A DNA stretch of 50,659 nt from an uncultured Bacilli bacterium (GTDB lineage: Bacteria > Bacillota_I > Bacilli_A > RF39 > UBA660). Of the stretch, positions 35,653-45,121 are shown piece by piece. Each line of letters opens with the position of its first letter. The stretch's first letter is position 1. The notes beneath the pieces are model-generated. The model searched no databases. It had not been told where the DNA came from and saw only the letters and a program-made list of their open reading frames with translations. A program made the position numbers and the translations under genes. The stretch lies in assembly GCA_947598395.1 (NCBI GenBank), contig CANQFG010000004.1, positions 1-50,659 on the forward strand. The letters are read 5' to 3'.

Positions 35653-36837
35653 TCAGGCGACATAATCGGGTTCGGCACAGCTATTTAAATCGATATCCAG
35701 CAAATTTAAAAATTCATGCAAATACTTATTGTCATCATCCGTGATAAATTGATGACCACTTCCCGTAAATATTTTATATTTGAGCAAAAAAGTATCGATA
35801 TACTGCTCATTATTGGCATCGACACTATGCTTGACTATTTGCATGATATCATAGTCGTATTTTCCTTCGCGCGCTTGCGTATATTTGAGCATCATCGTAC
35901 AACTGACGCCCGGCCGGCAAGCTTCATAGGCCGTATTGAAGACATATTTATGATCCTTATAGATACTCAATTGTACCGGTACACAATCTTTATTGCCAAC
36001 CGTTATCGAAAATATTAGATCGTTAAAGCTAATATCATCGATCGTCAACGTGCGCATATCTAAATTCAAATAATCATAATAGATACTCTTTTTATCGGAT
36101 ATTTCCTTGAATAACTTATCGATATTTGCATCAGTAGCAAAAGTTAAGACTTGCTCGGCAATGGATTGGGGAAACATTTTTTCGACCGACTCTCGATAGG
36201 CATCTCCCATCTCGGGATATTCGATTTTGATTATTTCGTCATCTTTGAAGGTTACTTTGCACGGACTGGTCTTGCCCGAGGCAATAGCTAAGACGTCCCC
36301 TTCTTCGACATAATATCCTTGGCTATAGATCCACATATAGGCGCGTTTTTCGTTATCCTTATTCTCGATACCAAAACCATGATAGCTATAAAAGACATTA
36401 AAATCTAATTTATGGGCATCGGGACTACTCCTTAATTCTTGATCCCGTAAATAAGCGATTGCCTCTTCATATAGATAATCGGCATCCGTTATGAAATTAA
36501 TCTTGTGCCTATGGCTATAATATAATAATGAAAGGATAATGGCCAAAAAGCCAAAAGTGGCAATTATGATGATAATTGTACCCTGTTTAGTGAAATGGCT
36601 ATTACTTTTTTTATCGCCATTCTTATCCTGTGGTCCACCATTTATGAGCTCTTCGATCGTCGTATCCAGTTCTTGACACAATTTTTTATATAATGAGACA
36701 TCGGGAAAACTCAATCCCCGTTCCCACTTGCTGACCGCATTTTTGGTAATCCCCAAGCTCTTGGCCAAATCCTCTTGCGTGCGATTTTGCCGCTTGCGCA
36801 ACTCGGCAATAAATTTTCCGGTTTTCTCCTGATTCAT
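35653..36837 (-). CDS. Membrane-tethered XRE-family HTH regulator with ~290-aa extracytoplasmic domain (paralog B)
   Basis: ATG 36837 (GAGGAGAGG RBS). HTH MNQEKTGKFIAELRKRQNRTQEDLAKSLGITKNAVSKWERG, one TM helix (IIIIIATFGFLAIILSLLYY) and an unassigned C-terminal domain. Confidence 0.75.
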   Translation of the reverse strand: MNQEKTGKFIAELRKRQNRTQEDLAKSLGITKNAVSKWERGLSFPDVSLYKKLCQELDTTIEELINGGPQDKNGDKKSNSHFTKQGTIIIIIATFGFLAIILSLLYYSHRHKINFITDADYLYEEAIAYLRDQELRSSPDAHKLDFNVFYSYHGFGIENKDNEKRAYMWIYSQGYYVEEGDVLAIASGKTSPCKVTFKDDEIIKIEYPEMGDAYRESVEKMFPQSIAEQVLTFATDANIDKLFKEISDKKSIYYDYLNLDMRTLTIDDISFNDLIFSITVGNKDCVPVQLSIYKDHKYVFNTAYEACRPGVSCTMMLKYTQAREGKYDYDIMQIVKHSVDANNEQYIDTFLLKYKIFTGSGHQFITDDDNKYLHEFLNLLDIDLNSCAEPDYVA

Positions 36838-36932
36838 GACGACCCTCTCCTCTCCTAGCATCATAACAAATTATTTAAATTTTTTAAACACACTGCTGGT
36901 TTACTTTCCCTATTTTTATACTTTTTAAGGAC

Positions 36933-36964
36933 AAAATAAAAAGATTAATATGCGAACTAATCTT
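36933..36964 (-). terminator. Hairpin terminator after the ABC-2 permease gene
   Basis: AAGATTA-(10 nt)-TAATCTT stem flanked by A/T runs on both sides, so it is potentially bidirectional. Confidence 0.45.
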
Positions 36965-36975
36965 TTTATAATAAC

Positions 36976-37608
36976 TTAAAATTCTTTTTTCATCTGAATG
37001 CTTAGGGCAATGCGATAAGAAGTATAGGTCATGATAACTGCCGTGAGGATAATCGCGATTACCCAATAATTTTCTAAAAAGGATAAGAAATCAAAGATGT
37101 TGGAAAGATCGACGACTTTGGAGACGAGACCACCGATGATGACGATACCAAAGACGACGATAAAGATACCTACGCGAGCGCGCTCTAAACCAAATTTATA
37201 GATGATGGGATATAAGAAGATCAAGACGAGCAATGTTCCAAAGATCGTTCCGAGGTGCGTTAGGAGAATCATTTCCATATTGACGCCCACTCCCTTAGTT
37301 ATTGCCATTCCAATCGATAAGATCATGGTGATAATCGCCATTATAAGGATGAATAAAAGCGTCGTCACATATTTGGACCTTACGCCATTTTTCCGGCCAT
37401 CGGGTAAAGTTACGGCATAGGCATCCCATTTGTTATAGGAATCATAACTAAAAGATGACATCATAATCATGACCGCCATAAACGGAAGGATGAAGGAAAA
37501 ATCCATCTCCCCGGAAAATCCCATTATCGAATAAACGACGATCAATAACGCGATTAACTTAAAATTACTTTTAATAACGGCTAAATCCTTTTTAATAAAA
37601 CCAATCAT
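36976..37608 (-). CDS. ABC-2-type transporter permease
   Basis: 210-aa protein with six predicted TM helices. Its start abuts the stop of the ATPase gene. Confidence 0.65.
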   Translation of the reverse strand: MIGFIKKDLAVIKSNFKLIALLIVVYSIMGFSGEMDFSFILPFMAVMIMMSSFSYDSYNKWDAYAVTLPDGRKNGVRSKYVTTLLFILIMAIITMILSIGMAITKGVGVNMEMILLTHLGTIFGTLLVLIFLYPIIYKFGLERARVGIFIVVFGIVIIGGLVSKVVDLSNIFDFLSFLENYWVIAIILTAVIMTYTSYRIALSIQMKKEF

Positions 37609-38462
37609 TATTCGGCCCCCTTAATCATTAAAACCATCAGATCATCGAGTGTCATTTTATCGATTACCTCACTATTGTATTTTTTCTTAAAGGCCCTTTT
37701 ATCTTCGACTAAGACCTCATAGCCATACTTATTCTTGCGATATTTTAGATAATCGCCCTTAGCCATATTTTTAAATTCCTTTTCCGAACATTTGACAATG
37801 CCATACTTATCCAATAACTCATCCTTCGTCTTCGAAAGAAGTATTTGGCCATTATTGATAAATGTTATATAATCGGCAATATGTTCGAGATCCGTCGTAA
37901 TATGACTCGAAAGCAAGATCGAACATTCTTCATTTTCGATATATTTTTGGAAGATATCGATGATTTCGTTGCGCGCAATGGGATCTAATCCCGAAGTTGG
38001 CTCATCTAAGATTAATAATTTGGGATGATGCGAAAGCGCAACGGCAATCTCTAACTTCTTGCGCATGCCCTTCGAAAATGTCTTAATTTGCTTATTGGGC
38101 AAGAGTTCGAATTCTTTTAAATAATCATTAAATAACTTCGAATCCCAATTCTTATAGATGCTCATCAAGGAATAACTGATATCGTTCGGGGTAATTATTT
38201 CGGGAAAGAACATATCGTCGAGGACGACGCCAATATCCTCCTTAATCTCGCGATCATATTGGCGATTATCTAAGCCAAATATCGTAATTTCGCCCTGATA
38301 TTTGATGATATCTAAAATCGCTTTGATCGTCGTCGTCTTCCCGGCTCCATTTTCGCCGATGAAACCCATTATGGCACCCTTAGGCAAAGAAAATGATACA
38401 TCTTTTAATTCAAAATTATCATACTTTTTACATAAATTTTTAATCTCTAAGATATTTTGCAT
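37608..38462 (-). CDS. ABC transporter ATP-binding protein
   Basis: Walker A GENGAGKTT, signature-like FSKGMRKKL and Walker B LLILDEPTSGLD. ATG 38462 has an AGGAGG RBS. Confidence 0.88.
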   Translation of the reverse strand: MQNILEIKNLCKKYDNFELKDVSFSLPKGAIMGFIGENGAGKTTTIKAILDIIKYQGEITIFGLDNRQYDREIKEDIGVVLDDMFFPEIITPNDISYSLMSIYKNWDSKLFNDYLKEFELLPNKQIKTFSKGMRKKLEIAVALSHHPKLLILDEPTSGLDPIARNEIIDIFQKYIENEECSILLSSHITTDLEHIADYITFINNGQILLSKTKDELLDKYGIVKCSEKEFKNMAKGDYLKYRKNKYGYEVLVEDKRAFKKKYNSEVIDKMTLDDLMVLMIKGAE

Positions 38463-38463
38463 C

Positions 38464-38841
38464 TTATCTTTCCTCCTCATATAAGATATCGATCATCTCT
38501 TTGATCGTCTTTTTTTCGATATTATTCATCTTGGCAAGACTTACGGCCTTATCTAATATTCCCTCGATGCGATTTAACTGTTCTTCCAAGGCCACATCCT
38601 TATTTACCTTGGCGACATAGAATCCCTTCGATGGAACATTTTTGATATAGCCCTCTTTGACTAGCTCTTCATAGGCATTTTTCGTCGTTATGACACTACA
38701 ACGCAAATCCCGGGCCAGCGTTCTAATCGATGGCAACAAGGCATTTTCCTCGAGTTCATTGGCCACGATTTTAACCTTGATCTGTTCTTTGATCTGTTCA
38801 TAGATTGGAACATCACTCGAATTACTTATTATTATTTCCAT
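38464..38841 (-). CDS. GntR-family (YtrA-like, short) transcriptional regulator
   Basis: Winged HTH LPSIRTLARDLRCSVITTKNAYEELVKEGYI with a short C-terminal helix. First gene of a GntR-ABC-ABC2 unit. ATG 38841. Confidence 0.8.
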   Translation of the reverse strand: MEIIISNSSDVPIYEQIKEQIKVKIVANELEENALLPSIRTLARDLRCSVITTKNAYEELVKEGYIKNVPSKGFYVAKVNKDVALEEQLNRIEGILDKAVSLAKMNNIEKKTIKEMIDILYEEER

Positions 38842-39228
38842 ACCATCCTCACTTGTATATATCAAGTATATACACATTATATACAGATGTCAATAACTTT
38901 ATTAAAAAAAACAAATCAATATACTGATTTGCTCTTCTAAAAAATTTATAATAAATATTCGATGATATAGATGCGATCTTGATGGCGATTCCAAAGGCTG
39001 ATTATTTCACTGTTGTCATCGCCTTTTTTATACCAATATTTAGCATTGGCATAATCGGGATAATGAGCAATCGGTATATTATTTTCTTCCTCATGATATT
39101 ATCTACCTAACGCGTCTATTCGCGAACATTTAATTACATTCTAAAATAACATAACTATCTTAGCAAGATATAAAAGTTGCTACTGTAAATTCCATCTCCA
39201 ATGGGCAAATATTACCGATAATTGACCC

Positions 39229-41304
39229 TCAATAACGCTCCTTTATAATGCTCTTACTACAGGAATATGTAATCAAGAAATAGCCCCCATAGATAATGAC
39301 GATAAATAAGGCAGTTGTCAAGATCGATGGCAGTAATTGTTCATTGCCAAATACTTCTAATATCTTAACGGCAAACATGATGCCAAAGATCGAATGAATT
39401 AAAGAAAGTATTAGAGGTAACATAAAGAAGATAGCAATTTGTCTAAACAAGGCTTTATTAATCATTTTCTCATCGGTACCGATTTTACGCAACATCTTAA
39501 AACGCTCTTTATTATCACTACTTTCCGATAATTCCTTTAAACCTAAAATTGCCGCACTGCTGATTAAGAAGATTACGCCTAGATAAAGGCCAATAAAGGT
39601 AACCATTGCCGATAATCCCGTCGTGGCTTCTTTAATAGCTAGTTTCGTCGAACCACTAGGAAGTAAATAGAGACTCGCCTTTTCTTCTTTATCTAATCTA
39701 TTTATATTATTTTCGATTTTTATTATCTCTTCTCTCTTTGTCGTCTTATAATTACCTAGCAAATGATTTTTCACTAGATATTCTTCATCGACGATATTAT
39801 CCGGTACGACGATAATTCCGGTATTGATATGTTGACTAGACATTTCTAAAAAGCCATCTTGGCAGGAAGCATATTTAGGTTTTAGAGTATGGCCAAATAG
39901 ATTAATGACTTCGTGATTAGCTAGAGCCAAATTTCTTATTTTGACCATCGATTTAAAGTCAGCAACGATCAAATATTCATCATCATCGAGCGTATATTCC
40001 TGATTGCCATAAAAACGAGCTACTTTGTTATAATCACTAATCTTCATGATATCTTCCATGGTATCATAAGCCAAAAACGGAAATTGGGTTCTAATACTAT
40101 CCAATTTGGATCCCAAAGTATGATTCATCGTTAAATCAGGTGTAGCATAAGTATTAACTTCGATATATTCCTTAAAATAAGTCGTAATATCGAAATTAAA
40201 TAATTCAAACATTTCTTTAGCTGTATAGTGCGAGTTTTTGATCTGCGAATCATTATAGCCATAGTGGCGATATTTATCATAATATTTATCCATATTCATA
40301 TTAGCTGTAAACATGGCATCAGCGGGAGCAAGTTTTCTAATATTGGCATTCATCGAGTTTTTCATAGTAAGACAGGCCGACAATAGACAAATGGTTATAA
40401 ATAGCATTAGACAAATAATGGTTGCTCCCCAAACTGTCGTATTAATTTTGCTCGAAAATTGTCTTAAAGTAAAACTATTTAATCCCTTGTAGTAAAACTT
40501 CTTGAAGCTCATCGCGATTCGCAAGATCAATCCGGATAACGACCAGAAGATAAAGAACGTACTTGCGGCACCCATGATGATGGGTTTTAAGATGTCCGTA
40601 ACCTCCTGTAAAGTTAGAAATTCGGCTGTTACCATATGATATGCTTTTCCCAAAACGAGACAAGAGATGAGAAAAATGATGATGCATAAATACGGATTCT
40701 TTAGCTTAATTTCCTCACTGGTCTTGGCCCCATTTAATAGATCGATCAATTTACATTTGCTCACACTATAAGTGTTAAATATCATGACGAGTAAATACAT
40801 GATACTAAAATAAATAATCGTCTTAGCGCAAGCTGATGATGAGAAGACAAAGGCAAACTTGGTGAGATTTGCCTCAAACATATTGGCAACAACTAAGCTC
40901 ATAACTTGGGATAGCAAAACCCCAAGACCTAAACCTACTAAGAGGGAAATGATGCCAATAAATAAGGTTTCAAAGAATAATATTAAAGATATCTTGCGCT
41001 TGCTCATTCCTAAAGTTAAGTATATGCCAAATTCTTTATTTCTTCTTTTAATTAAAAACCGTGAAGCATATATAATCAGAAATCCCAATATAAAGGATAC
41101 AAAGACACTGACGCCCGATAACATAGTCATCATAAGTTCAATTAACTCTTGAGTTGAAGAAGAGACATCCATCATGACGGTTTGACTATCCAAGGCATTG
41201 AAGACATAGAAGATCGAGATACCTAATATTAGTGTAAAAAAATAGATGGCGTAATCCTTCACACTTTTTTGGATATTTTTAAGCGATAACTTACAGAGCA
41301 TCAT
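39229..41304 (-). CDS. BceB-type FtsX-family ABC permease (10 TM, large extracellular domain)
   Basis: 691 aa. Four N-terminal plus later TM helices, a ~230-aa extracellular loop (about aa 330-560) and a C-terminal FtsX-type helix bundle. Overlaps the ATPase gene. Confidence 0.8.
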   Translation of the reverse strand: MMLCKLSLKNIQKSVKDYAIYFFTLILGISIFYVFNALDSQTVMMDVSSSTQELIELMMTMLSGVSVFVSFILGFLIIYASRFLIKRRNKEFGIYLTLGMSKRKISLILFFETLFIGIISLLVGLGLGVLLSQVMSLVVANMFEANLTKFAFVFSSSACAKTIIYFSIMYLLVMIFNTYSVSKCKLIDLLNGAKTSEEIKLKNPYLCIIIFLISCLVLGKAYHMVTAEFLTLQEVTDILKPIIMGAASTFFIFWSLSGLILRIAMSFKKFYYKGLNSFTLRQFSSKINTTVWGATIICLMLFITICLLSACLTMKNSMNANIRKLAPADAMFTANMNMDKYYDKYRHYGYNDSQIKNSHYTAKEMFELFNFDITTYFKEYIEVNTYATPDLTMNHTLGSKLDSIRTQFPFLAYDTMEDIMKISDYNKVARFYGNQEYTLDDDEYLIVADFKSMVKIRNLALANHEVINLFGHTLKPKYASCQDGFLEMSSQHINTGIIVVPDNIVDEEYLVKNHLLGNYKTTKREEIIKIENNINRLDKEEKASLYLLPSGSTKLAIKEATTGLSAMVTFIGLYLGVIFLISSAAILGLKELSESSDNKERFKMLRKIGTDEKMINKALFRQIAIFFMLPLILSLIHSIFGIMFAVKILEVFGNEQLLPSILTTALFIVIIYGGYFLITYSCSKSIIKERY

Positions 41305-42055
41305 TTAAATCTCCACCTAACAATGTTACGACATCGATAATCTTATCAAAAAAACTTTTTCGCGTATCGTCTCCCTTGCGGATCTCTTTAAAAATTTTAC
41401 CATCTTTGATAAAGATTACTCTCCGGGCATAACTGGCCGTAAAAGCATCGTGGGTAACCATGAGAATAGTGGCTCCCAGTTCGTCTAAATAATTGAATTT
41501 TTCGAGTAACATCCGCGAAGCTTTGGAGTCCAAGGCTCCCGTCGGCTCATCGGCAAGCACCAATTTGGGATCGGTAACGATGGCCCGAGCAGAAGCTACT
41601 CTTTGCTTTTGACCCCCACTCATCTGATATGGATACTTATTTAAGACATCCTTTATATCCAATTCTTCGGCAACTTTTTTGATCTTTTGCTCGATTATAG
41701 ATGAACTGACATTTTGAATCGATAAAGCCAGAGCAATATTTTCATAAGCCGTTAGAGTATCTAATAGATTAAAATCTTGGAAGATAAATCCCAATTCCTC
41801 CCTTCTAAATTTATTAAGTTCATTACCTTTTAATTTGGTAATATCAAGGCCGCCAACAAAGATATGTCCACTCGTCACTTTATCAATCGTCGATATACAA
41901 TTTAAAAGGGTCGTCTTTCCGGAACCCGAGGCGCCCATAATGGCGACAAATTCCCCTTTTTCTACTTCAAAAGTTAAATTATCGATCGCCTTCGTCAAAG
42001 ATGAACGACTGCCATAGTATTTTTCAATTTTGTCAACTTTTAATATATTTTCCAT
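41291..42055 (-). CDS. BceA-type ABC transporter ATP-binding protein
   Basis: GASGSGKTTLLN, MSGGQKQRV and LVLADEPTGALD. The probable start is ATG 42055 (MENILKV). Confidence 0.88.
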   Translation of the reverse strand: MENILKVDKIEKYYGSRSSLTKAIDNLTFEVEKGEFVAIMGASGSGKTTLLNCISTIDKVTSGHIFVGGLDITKLKGNELNKFRREELGFIFQDFNLLDTLTAYENIALALSIQNVSSSIIEQKIKKVAEELDIKDVLNKYPYQMSGGQKQRVASARAIVTDPKLVLADEPTGALDSKASRMLLEKFNYLDELGATILMVTHDAFTASYARRVIFIKDGKIFKEIRKGDDTRKSFFDKIIDVVTLLGGDLNDAL

Positions 42056-42116
42056 AAAATTTTTTCCTTTCGTAAACATCATAATCCAAAAAAACTATTT
42101 TGTCGCATCTTTAATA

Positions 42117-42140
42117 TTACAGAACATTACAATTTTGTAA
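42117..42140. promoter_or_regulatory. BceR-type operator: TTACA-N4-TGTAA inverted repeat (plus an extra TTACA half-site) upstream of the bceA-like gene
   Basis: TTACA at 42117-42121. TTACA-ATTT-TGTAA at 42127-42140. This is 70-85 nt upstream of the ATPase start and just downstream of the kinase stop. Confidence 0.55.
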
Positions 42141-42142
42141 CA

Positions 42143-43162
42143 TTACTTTAAGACATCATAATATTTGTCCTTAGCGAATGTTATTAAGACTTTCGTATAT
42201 TCATTATATTTCGAATCGATAGCTATTTTATGGCCCAATTTTTTACACATATTTTTGGCAATAAATAAACCCATGCCCGTCGCTTTATTCGTATTCCTTC
42301 CATTTTCGCCCGTAAATGATTTATCAAATACCTGCTTTAAATCCGCTTCCTTTATGCCTATGCCATTATCTTCGATGATTAAAGTGGTCCTTTTCTCTTC
42401 ATCTTGAACAGATATTTTAATATAAGAACTAGCGATATCTCGTTTATACTTAATACTATTATTAACGATTTGCCCCAAAATAAATTCTAACCATTTCGAA
42501 TCAGTTAAGACTTTATGTTGAACATCTTCGACCACATAATCAATTCTATTTTCCAATAAGTCATCCATATTTTTAAGGCCAACATTCTTTATAACTTTTG
42601 ATAAATCGGTCTCCTTTATTAAATAATCCTTTTCGGCATTTTCACTCCGGGCATAATAAAGAACTTGATCGACATAATCCTCCAATCGTTTTAATGGTAA
42701 TTTGGCCTTTTTATCAAATTTATCGCGATGATTATTGCTTATTAAAGCTAAAGTCGAAAGTGGAATTTTAACTTCATGAATCCACATTTCGATATACTCT
42801 TTAAAGTCTTGCAGATGTTCCTCTATTAACCTGACATTTTCATTCATCGATTTATTGATCTCATATAAGGCTTGATATAATAGCTCACCCTCATAAAATT
42901 CCGGTTTCGCCAGAGTCTCTAACACCAAATAGCTCTTATCGAGGGAGGCAATATTGGCCAAAAGATCATCATAAAATTTTTTCTTTCTAAAATATGGGAT
43001 GAATAAAATGAGTAAAAAACTGAGGACATATAAAAAGGTGGAAGATAGAATAACGGATCTATCTACTTTGAATGCCAAGAAGATGAGTAAATTGAGGCCC
43101 ATCATGGCGATAAATAGCCATAACTTATATAAATTATCTTTAAAATACTTACTAAATTTCAT
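42143..43162 (-). CDS. BceS-type intramembrane-sensing histidine kinase
   Basis: Two N-terminal TM helices with only a ~6-aa loop, H-box IHEVKIPLSTL, and N/G boxes IEDNGIGI and GMGLFIAK. Confidence 0.85.
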   Translation of the reverse strand: MKFSKYFKDNLYKLWLFIAMMGLNLLIFLAFKVDRSVILSSTFLYVLSFLLILFIPYFRKKKFYDDLLANIASLDKSYLVLETLAKPEFYEGELLYQALYEINKSMNENVRLIEEHLQDFKEYIEMWIHEVKIPLSTLALISNNHRDKFDKKAKLPLKRLEDYVDQVLYYARSENAEKDYLIKETDLSKVIKNVGLKNMDDLLENRIDYVVEDVQHKVLTDSKWLEFILGQIVNNSIKYKRDIASSYIKISVQDEEKRTTLIIEDNGIGIKEADLKQVFDKSFTGENGRNTNKATGMGLFIAKNMCKKLGHKIAIDSKYNEYTKVLITFAKDKYYDVLK

Positions 43163-43833
43163 GATAAAATGTACCCTAATCCTTTGCGCGTATCGATGGC
43201 ATCTTCGTAGCCAATTTCTTTTAATTTATTGCGGAGACGACTTATATTGACTGTTAAGGCATTTTCATTGACATACTCGGAATTATCCCATAATGTCGTC
43301 ATAAGTTCTTCCCGCGTAACAATCTTATTTTGATGATTTAATAGATAGGAAAAGATAATCATTTCATTTTTTGTAAGTTCGATCTCGATATCATCTCTTT
43401 TAATTATGCCTTTTTGATAATCAAATTTTAATTCTTTATAAGTTAGTTCATTGCCATTGGTATTATAGTTGGTCTTCGTCCTCCTAAGGACGGCTCCAAT
43501 TCTTAAAAGCAAGATATTCGGGTTATAAGGTTTCGTAATATAATCATCGGCCCCATAAGAAATCGATAAGGCTTCATCCGTCTCGGAATTAATACTGGTA
43601 ACCATAATGACGGGAATATTCGACTCTTTCCGCAAATCTTGTAATAGGGCTTCGCCATTTATAAAGGGAATATTTATATCGAGTAATATTAAATCGGGTG
43701 CTACTTCAAATATTTCCCTTAGGGCATCTTTAAAATTTTTTAAAATAATGACTTCATAATTGTTATTTTCTAAAAGTTTAGAAAGTTCATTGGCGATGAT
43801 CTCATCATCTTCAATTATCATAATTTTGCTCAT
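43159..43833 (-). CDS. OmpR-family response regulator (BceR-like)
   Basis: Receiver domain (LILLDINIP) plus a winged-helix output domain (..RKGLGYILS). ATGA overlap with the kinase gene. Confidence 0.88.
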   Translation of the reverse strand: MSKIMIIEDDEIIANELSKLLENNNYEVIILKNFKDALREIFEVAPDLILLDINIPFINGEALLQDLRKESNIPVIMVTSINSETDEALSISYGADDYITKPYNPNILLLRIGAVLRRTKTNYNTNGNELTYKELKFDYQKGIIKRDDIEIELTKNEMIIFSYLLNHQNKIVTREELMTTLWDNSEYVNENALTVNISRLRNKLKEIGYEDAIDTRKGLGYILS

Positions 43834-43886
43834 TATAGCACCACATTTCTCACTTATAGTATAACACGTATCCCTTTTTTCTAACC

Positions 43887-43900
43887 TTACAGTTTTGTAA
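43887..43900. promoter_or_regulatory. Second TTACA-N4-TGTAA inverted repeat, upstream of the BceR-like regulator gene
   Basis: TTACA-GTTT-TGTAA at 43887-43900. It lies between the terminator of the upstream kinase gene and the RR start at 43833. Confidence 0.5.
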
Positions 43901-43905
43901 CAATT

Positions 43906-43926
43906 AAAAAGGTAGAAAGCCTACCT
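43906..43926 (-). terminator. Rho-independent terminator after the module-2 histidine kinase gene
   Basis: The - strand reads AGGTAG-GCTTT-CTACCT followed by T4-5. The hairpin overlaps the TAG stop. Confidence 0.5.
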
Positions 43927-45121
43927 AGTTAAAATATTTAATGATAAATTGGGTTCCATCGGGATTCGAACTGGCCGTTACGATGCCATTATCGGTTTCG
44001 ATAATCTTCTTAGCTAGAGCTAGACCAATGCCAACGCTGTCGAAAGATGAAGATGAACCATGATAAAATCTTTCAAAGATATGTTCTATTTCCGCAGAAG
44101 CAATACCGCGACCATAATCTTTAATTTCGATCATCTTATAGGCGTTATTTTGACGATAAACGATATCGATATGACTATTATCAAAGGAATATTCGACGGA
44201 ATTTTTTAGAATATTCGTTATCGCTTCGACTTGCCATTTAAAATCACAGACGAGCAATATTTTCGCATCACCCTGAATATTTAAGGTAATATTTTTTAAA
44301 TCACATAATGGCGAAACATTTTTACAAGCTTCGGCTATGATATCCTTTAAGAGCCAACTCTCCTTAGTGAAATGAATGGCATTGGCATCAAAGCGCGATA
44401 ATTTTAAAAGTGTTTGAACTAAAAAATTGATATTTAAGATATTGCGTTTAATATCACTTAAAAAATAGCAGCGCGTCTTTAAATCCATATCGGGTTCATC
44501 GATTAAGTTATCGAGCATGACTAAGATACTCGTCAAAGGCGTCTTTATTTGGTGGGATATATCCTCGAGGGATTGCTTTAAATTTGATTTATCTTTCTTC
44601 GTGTTTTCGGCCGTTTCCTTGAGCATAACCGTCGTCTTATATATCTCATTTTTTAATATCGATAACTCATCTTCGGTATTAGAATCAATCTTTAACCGAT
44701 AATTGCGTCTATTTAATTCGGCAATATATTGGGTAATTTCGCGAATATTATGATTCCGTCGTTTTTGGCTAATGATGAAAATCACCAAGATGAGGATAAG
44801 GCCACTGGCCGCCAAAGCGATATTGATAATTAAAAATTGGCGATGTAATTGATCATTTTTTTGGATAATCGCCCGATTGTTTAAATCGAGACTATATTTC
44901 TTAAGAGTATCGCTTGTCTTAGTGTTCGGTCTATTTAAGATTGCGATAATTTCTCGTTCCGTTAAATTAGGATATTCCTCCTCTAGTGTTTGCATTAATT
45001 CCATAATCTTAACATTGAAGTTCTTCGTATACATGCGATATTCATAATGGTTTACCAATATAAATAGGAAAAGAAAGCCAAGGAAAAGAAGTATTATTTT
45101 TAAGATGGTCTTATTCTTCAT
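43925..45121 (-). CDS. Sensor histidine kinase (two TM helices, ~80-aa extracellular loop)
   Basis: H-box SHQIKTPLTSI, and N/G boxes IKDYGRGI and GIGLALAK. Overlaps the RR gene by 11 nt. Confidence 0.85.
   Translation of the reverse strand: MKNKTILKIILLFLGFLFLFILVNHYEYRMYTKNFNVKIMELMQTLEEEYPNLTEREIIAILNRPNTKTSDTLKKYSLDLNNRAIIQKNDQLHRQFLIINIALAASGLILILVIFIISQKRRNHNIREITQYIAELNRRNYRLKIDSNTEDELSILKNEIYKTTVMLKETAENTKKDKSNLKQSLEDISHQIKTPLTSILVMLDNLIDEPDMDLKTRCYFLSDIKRNILNINFLVQTLLKLSRFDANAIHFTKESWLLKDIIAEACKNVSPLCDLKNITLNIQGDAKILLVCDFKWQVEAITNILKNSVEYSFDNSHIDIVYRQNNAYKMIEIKDYGRGIASAEIEHIFERFYHGSSSSFDSVGIGLALAKKIIETDNGIVTASSNPDGTQFIIKYFN

Noticed and set aside
36884-37066. 60-aa - strand ORF overlapping the end of the ABC-2 permease gene.
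   Set aside because: It lies in an alternative frame over the permease 3' end and its terminator/promoter region. It has no RBS and no recognisable motifs.
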